From: Longimicrobiales bacterium | Lineage (GTDB): Bacteria; Gemmatimonadota; Gemmatimonadetes; Longimicrobiales; Gaopeijiaceae | Assembly (NCBI GenBank): GCA_965202805.1 | Contig: OZ241869.1 | Span: 2,144,001-2,208,000 of the forward strand | Length of the DNA: 64,000 nt | Direction of reading: 5' to 3' | Part shown: positions 59,361 to 64,000 of the stretch, in pieces | Layout: each line of letters starts with the position of its first letter | Position numbering within the stretch: the first letter of the stretch is position 1 | Made by a program: the position numbers and the translations under genes | The notes under the pieces: generated by a model | The model's input: the letters and a program-made list of their open reading frames with translations, nothing else | Database searches by the model: none | What the model was told of the DNA's origin: nothing

Positions 59361-61228
59361 TGCGGTCGGGACGGAGGGTGTCCCGGCGGCGACGCGGGTT
59401 CCGGCTGGGTGCCGGGTCTGCCAGGAACGCGCTCCGGGCCATCGTGCCAGGGGAGTCCTCGCGGAGAGGCGGGTTCCGGCTGGGCGCGGGGGTTGTCGCG
59501 CTCCTGCTGTGGGCCGCCGCCCCCGCCGACTCGCCGGTGGCGGACGCGGCGATGCGGGGCGACGCGGAGGCCGTGGAGGCCCTGATCGCCCGGGGCGCGG
59601 ACGTGAACGTCGCCCAGGGCGATGGCATGACGGCGCTGCATTGGGCCGCGGAGCGGGCGGAAGCCGCGCTGGTCCGCATCCTGCTCGACGCCGGGGCGGA
59701 CGTCACCCCGGTCACGCGCATCGGCGACTACACTCCCCTGCACCTGGCCGCCAGGTCCGGAAGCGCGCCCGCGGTCGAGGCGCTGCTGGAGGCGGGCGGC
59801 AACCCTCGGGCGGTGACCGCCACCGGAGCCGTCACTCCCATGCACTTCGCGGCCGGCGCCGGGAACCCGGACGCGGTCGTCGCGCTTGCCCGCCACGGTG
59901 CCGACGTCGACGCCCGCGAGGCGGACCGGGGACAGACGCCGCTCATGTTCGCCGCGGCCAACGACCGGGTGGAGGCCGTGCGGGCTCTCCTGGAGCTGGG
60001 TGCCGACCTGACGCTCCGCACCCGGGTCGTGGACATCGTGGATCTCGCCGCCGTCGACCGCGAGGCGGGAGAGGCGCGGGACGCCGTACTGGAGGAGTTC
60101 CGGGCACAGGCGGCGGATCCGCGCACCTGGCGGCCGACCCCCGAACAGGTAAGGGTTGCGGTGCGCGCCGGGCACGAAGTGCAGCGTTCCCGCATGCAGG
60201 CCGCATCCGACCAGGAAGAGCCGGAAGCGGCCCCGGACGCCTTCCCCGGATACACCGGCCTGGTCGGCGCCCAGGGCGGGATGACGGCGCTCCTGCACGC
60301 GGTGCGCGAGGGGCACACCGAGACGGTCCTGGCCCTGCTCGACGCCGGCGCGGACATCAACGGCGTGAGCGGCGGCGACCACACCGGCCCGCTGCTGATG
60401 GCGACCATCAACGGCCACTTCGACCTGGCCATGACCCTGCTCGGCCGCGGGGCCGACCCGCGCATCGCCAGCGACGCGGGCGCCACCCCGCTGTACGGCG
60501 CGATCAACGCCTACTGGGTCCCGAAGTCCCGCTATCCGCAGCAGCAGGCGTACCAGCAGCAGCAGACGACATACCTGGAGCTGATGGAGGCACTGCTGGA
60601 AGCGGGCGCCGATCCCAACGCGCGCCTGACCCGGCACCTCTGGTACATGTCCTACACCTTCGACCTGCTGCGGGTGGACACCCAGGGAGCCACGCCCTTC
60701 TGGCGAGCCGCCTACGGGACCGACGTGGAGGCGATGAAGCTGCTGGTGGCGTACGGCGCCGATCCGTCGATTCCGACCATGAAGCCGCCCGCGCGGCGAA
60801 GGGGCGACGCGGACGCGGAGGATCCGTCAGGGCTGCCGCCCGTTCCGGTAGGTGGGCCCGGAGTATACCCGATTCACGCCGCTTCGGGCGTGGGGTACGG
60901 AGAGGGCTTCGCGGGGAACTCGCACCGGCATGCGCCCGACGGCTGGCTGCCGTCCGTGCGCTACCTGGTGGAGGAACTGGGGGTCGACGTCAACGCCCGC
61001 GATCACAACGGATACAACGCCGTTCATCATGCCGCCTCACGCGGCGATGTCGAGCTCATCCACTACCTGACCGGGCACGGCGCGGACGTCATGGCGGTCA
61101 GCCGGAGGGGACAGACGACGGCCGACATGGCGAACGGCCCGTATCAGCGGACCCAGCCCTTCCCGGAGGCGCTGTCGCTGCTGGAGAGCCTCGGGGCGCA
61201 CAACAACGACAACTGCGTGTCCTGCTGA
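59360..61228 (+). CDS. Cassette 5 gene C: secreted ankyrin-repeat protein with terminal CxxC
   Basis: TGATG coupling to gene B (start inferred); hydrophobic segment then DSPVADAAMRGD; ends NNDNCVSC. Confidence 0.87.
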   Translation: MRSGRRVSRRRRGFRLGAGSARNALRAIVPGESSRRGGFRLGAGVVALLLWAAAPADSPVADAAMRGDAEAVEALIARGADVNVAQGDGMTALHWAAERAEAALVRILLDAGADVTPVTRIGDYTPLHLAARSGSAPAVEALLEAGGNPRAVTATGAVTPMHFAAGAGNPDAVVALARHGADVDAREADRGQTPLMFAAANDRVEAVRALLELGADLTLRTRVVDIVDLAAVDREAGEARDAVLEEFRAQAADPRTWRPTPEQVRVAVRAGHEVQRSRMQAASDQEEPEAAPDAFPGYTGLVGAQGGMTALLHAVREGHTETVLALLDAGADINGVSGGDHTGPLLMATINGHFDLAMTLLGRGADPRIASDAGATPLYGAINAYWVPKSRYPQQQAYQQQQTTYLELMEALLEAGADPNARLTRHLWYMSYTFDLLRVDTQGATPFWRAAYGTDVEAMKLLVAYGADPSIPTMKPPARRRGDADAEDPSGLPPVPVGGPGVYPIHAASGVGYGEGFAGNSHRHAPDGWLPSVRYLVEELGVDVNARDHNGYNAVHHAASRGDVELIHYLTGHGADVMAVSRRGQTTADMANGPYQRTQPFPEALSLLESLGAHNNDNCVSC

Positions 61229-61253
61229 CCGGGTCATCCGGCCGTCCCGCCGA

Positions 61254-61634
61254 TCAGGCCCCGCCCCTCTCCTCCAGCAGGCGCTCGAACTCTTCGCGGC
61301 GCTCCTGGTCCAGGCTGACCTCGAGGGTGAAGAGCTGGTACTCCTCCTGGGACATCCCGTGGGTCTCGTAGATCTCGGTGAGCCTCTGGTCCATCTCGGA
61401 ACGCAGTTCCTCCTTGCCGGGATCGTCGTGGACCACGGCGATCGCCTGGTTGAACTCCTCGCGGGCCTCAACCACCTCGATGTGCACCTGAACGAAGAGC
61501 ATGAAGCGCTCGTCGCTTGTGCCTGCCGCCGGTGCTTCCTCCTGCTGGCCGTGGAGGGCCGTGGGTCCGATGGTGAACAGAGAGGCAAGCGCCAGCAGAC
61601 CGCCCAAAACCGTGAGTCTCGGGGCCTTTCTCAT
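61254..61634 (-). CDS. Small secreted helical protein (DUF4168-like)
   Basis: AAGGAG RBS; signal peptide; IYETHGMSQEEY motif. Confidence 0.65.
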   Translation of the reverse strand: MRKAPRLTVLGGLLALASLFTIGPTALHGQQEEAPAAGTSDERFMLFVQVHIEVVEAREEFNQAIAVVHDDPGKEELRSEMDQRLTEIYETHGMSQEEYQLFTLEVSLDQERREEFERLLEERGGA

Positions 61635-61871
61635 CGCAGATACTCTCCTTCCGGCTACGCCTTGTCCAGGCACGGATACATGTCGACCGGGGTACGACGG
61701 GCCAGGGCTCAGGACGCCCTGCCGACGCGACCAACGTTCTATATTATCTCCTCCGGACTCGTCCGGAAACAAGCCCCGGTTGCGTGGACTGCCGCGGATG
61801 ATGATCTTGGGCCGGACCGTTCCTTGCAGGAAGGGCGGTATTGGCGATGGCGCCGTTACGGGAGCGAGGCG

Positions 61872-62123
61872 ATGCCCGTCTACGAGTATGTATGCAACGA
61901 TTGCGGGAAGGAGTTCGAGGTACTGCTGCTGAGGAAGGAGACGGCGGCCTGCCCCTCATGCGGAAGTGGCGACCTGAAGCGCCTCCTGTCCGTACCCGGG
62001 GTCAAGTCCTCGTCGACCCATGAGTTGGCGATGCGCGCGGCGAAGAAGCGTGACCAGGCCCAGGCCTGGGAGCGGGTGAACGAACAGCGCAAATACGAAG
62101 AGAGCCACGACCGGCACGGCTGA
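61872..62123 (+). CDS. FmdB-family zinc-ribbon protein
   Basis: MPVYEYVCNDCGKEFE...CPSCGS..LKRLLS. Confidence 0.88.
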   Translation: MPVYEYVCNDCGKEFEVLLLRKETAACPSCGSGDLKRLLSVPGVKSSSTHELAMRAAKKRDQAQAWERVNEQRKYEESHDRHG

Positions 62124-62189
62124 GCCCGCCCGGTCCGGGGCTCGGCCGAGGGCCCCGCGAACGTTACCGTGAACCGAAGAGGAGTAGAG

Positions 62190-62591
62190 ATGAGCGCGAA
62201 TGGAAAATGGGGCCTGATGGCCTTGGGCATCCTGGCGATGGCCGCTGCCGTCCCGGCCACCGAGTCCGGCATCAAGCAGGCTCTGCCGGAGGGAGTGACC
62301 GAAGAGATGGTGGAGGAGGGCAGGGCGCTTTTCGCGAGCGACGCCCTGTGCTTCACCTGCCACGCTACCGGGGAGGGTGTCCCCAACCTGGGACCCAACC
62401 TGACCGACGACACGTGGCTGAACATCGAGGATCCCACTTCATATGATCAATTCGTGGAACTGATCAACACGGGGGTCCCCATGCCCAAGGAGCACATGAT
62501 CCCCATGGTGCCGCGGGCGGGCAGCCCCATCAACGACGAGCAGGTCCGGGCCGTCGCGGCCTTCGTCTGGACGCTGGCGAACGGCAGTTAG
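62190..62591 (+). CDS. Periplasmic monoheme cytochrome c (CcoP-domain-like)
   Basis: GAGGAG RBS; signal peptide; GRALF...CFTCH; GPNLTDDTW; candidate distal Met in MIPMVP; VAAFVWTL. Confidence 0.88.
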   Translation: MSANGKWGLMALGILAMAAAVPATESGIKQALPEGVTEEMVEEGRALFASDALCFTCHATGEGVPNLGPNLTDDTWLNIEDPTSYDQFVELINTGVPMPKEHMIPMVPRAGSPINDEQVRAVAAFVWTLANGS

Positions 62592-62626
62592 CCGGGTCTC
62601 AAGCCCTGCGGGCGGATCAGCCGCAG

Positions 62627-62672
62627 GAAAAGAACCGCCGCCCCCTCGCTGAACGGGGGCGGCGGTTTTGTT
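62627..62672. terminator. Bidirectional rho-independent terminator
   Basis: AACCGCCGCCCCC / GGGGGCGGCGGTT stem flanked by A- and T-rich tracts, between convergent genes. Confidence 0.78.
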
Positions 62673-62731
62673 GTGGGCCGAGCCGGTTCCTGGCGTGTGG
62701 CCAGGCCGGCACCAGGCGGTCGACCGGGGGT

Positions 62732-63385
62732 TCAGCCCCCCATGCCCTCGCCGCGCTTCATGAAGCCCATGTGGGCGCTGGCCTGCTCGAGGCCGCCCTC
62801 ACCTTCCTGCCAGCCCACGCGTCCGTCGCCGTTGGCGTCGAGCCCGGAGACGAGCTGACCGGCCACTTCCGCCATCTCCTCGACCAGGGACGCAGCGGCG
62901 TCAGCGGACTCGGCTTCCTGGATCTGGGCCGCCAGTTCCAGAATGCGGTCGGCCCGCGCGACCGTGTTGTTGGCCGAGGTGGAAACGTGGTTCGAGTGGT
63001 TCCGGATGTTGTCCGTGGCGCCCTCGGAATCGGCCGCCATGGAGATGTGGCGTGCGGCTCCGGACGCGGCTTGCTTCACGCCGTAGCCGGCGCCTGGGCC
63101 GTTCTCCACGACGCTGGGATCGACGGCGTGCTGAACGTGGCCGGTGTGACGCTGCATGGCGCCGAGGTCGGTCAGGTCACGTGCCGCCAGGCCGGCGTGC
63201 ATGGCCGCAACCTCGGCCTCGGCCACCGCGGTGGGAAGCAGTCCCATCCCGTCGGGGGTGCCGCGGAACCCGTCCGCGACGTGTCCCATGTGAGCGTGTG
63301 CAGGGCTGTCCTGGGCGGCCGCGTCGGTGGCGAAACCAACGAGAGCGAGCGCCATCAGGGCGATGGTGAATGGGTGTGCGCGCAT
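62732..63385 (-). CDS. Secreted His/Met-rich helical protein, putative metal-binding
   Basis: GGAGG RBS; signal peptide ending AAA-Q; AHAHMGHV, RHTGHVQH, NHSNHV, AHMGFM; DANGDG loop. Confidence 0.75.
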   Translation of the reverse strand: MRAHPFTIALMALALVGFATDAAAQDSPAHAHMGHVADGFRGTPDGMGLLPTAVAEAEVAAMHAGLAARDLTDLGAMQRHTGHVQHAVDPSVVENGPGAGYGVKQAASGAARHISMAADSEGATDNIRNHSNHVSTSANNTVARADRILELAAQIQEAESADAAASLVEEMAEVAGQLVSGLDANGDGRVGWQEGEGGLEQASAHMGFMKRGEGMGG

Positions 63386-63562
63386 GGAGTACCTCCGTGA
63401 AGAATGAAGGGTGAATCTTCTGTCGAATCTGTTGTGAGACTTCCTGAAACCGGCGGTTTTCCCCGACGATTCCCATCGCCGGAGACACCTGCAGGAAAAT
63501 TGCATGTCCGGGGGATGACAGGCAAGCAACGGGGTGTCACTGGCGGACCGGTGAAAACTGCA

Positions 63563-64000
63563 TCAGGGCGTCCTTGGGAGGACCTCTGGCCTGGTCTCGC
63601 GCAGGATGGAAAGGATGGCTTCGCGGTCGTCCGCGGAGAGATGCGCGAAATCACTCCCGCCCTCCTCGCCCCGGAGGATGCTCAGGATGCGTGCGTTGAC
63701 GTACGCTCGGGCCTGCACCGGGAGGGCATCGTACTCCGGCGAGTGGATGAGGTAGCTCAGCGGGTGGCGGAAGAGCCGGGTGCGGAGATCCAGGTCGCGG
63801 AGGGAGCGGCCCTCGGCGTCCTTGCGGCCGTCAGCCGTGAAGTCGGCGGTGAAGGAGGAGGTGCCTTCGATGGGGTCCTCGAAACCGGGGGTGCCCACGA
63901 AGAACAGGGCGCGCACGAGCACCTCGCCGAGGCCCTCGACCAGGCGCGCGGTGCGCGGGGACATCTCGCCGGGAGGGAGGCCCGCCTGCTGGTCGGCGTG
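63563..64000 (-). CDS. Conserved hypothetical protein, C-terminal part (5'-truncated by window edge)
   Basis: Frame is open to the window end; DAEGRSLRDLDLRTRLFRHPLSYLIHS..YDALP and ILSILRET look like a real globular domain. Confidence 0.7.
   Translation of the reverse strand, partial: HADQQAGLPPGEMSPRTARLVEGLGEVLVRALFFVGTPGFEDPIEGTSSFTADFTADGRKDAEGRSLRDLDLRTRLFRHPLSYLIHSPEYDALPVQARAYVNARILSILRGEEGGSDFAHLSADDREAILSILRETRPEVLPRTP

Overview
This is a high-GC bacterial window. The SusC/SusD pairs, stand-alone TonB-plug proteins, VPS10/BNR hydrolase and DUF1592/DUF1552-type genes suggest Gemmatimonadota or a related lineage, but the taxonomy is inference. About 40% of the window consists of five diverged copies of one three-gene cassette: <1-4131 (5' truncated), 16670-22567, 33825-39573, 49546-55255 and 55287-61228. 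Gene A encodes a secreted protein with two CxxCH heme motifs and PSD/DUF1585-1595-type domains. Gene B encodes a DUF1552/HXXSHH-type protein with a twin-arginine-like signal and conserved Cys/His motifs. Gene C encodes a signal-peptide ankyrin-repeat protein that always ends NNxNCxxC-stop. Between the cassettes lie two SusC/SusD pairs, an S9 peptidase, a VPS10-like hydrolase, a LeuA-like synthase, a Tat-lipoprotein PLP enzyme, an ABC-F ATPase and periplasmic redox genes (cytochrome c', TlpA-like, MsrP without MsrQ, monoheme cytochrome c). I saw no rRNA, tRNA, CRISPR or mobile-element genes. The best candidate for an undescribed system is the paralogous A-B-C periplasmic heme/metal/CxxC module with copy-specific variable loops. 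All family assignments come from motif recognition by eye; no database searches were run.
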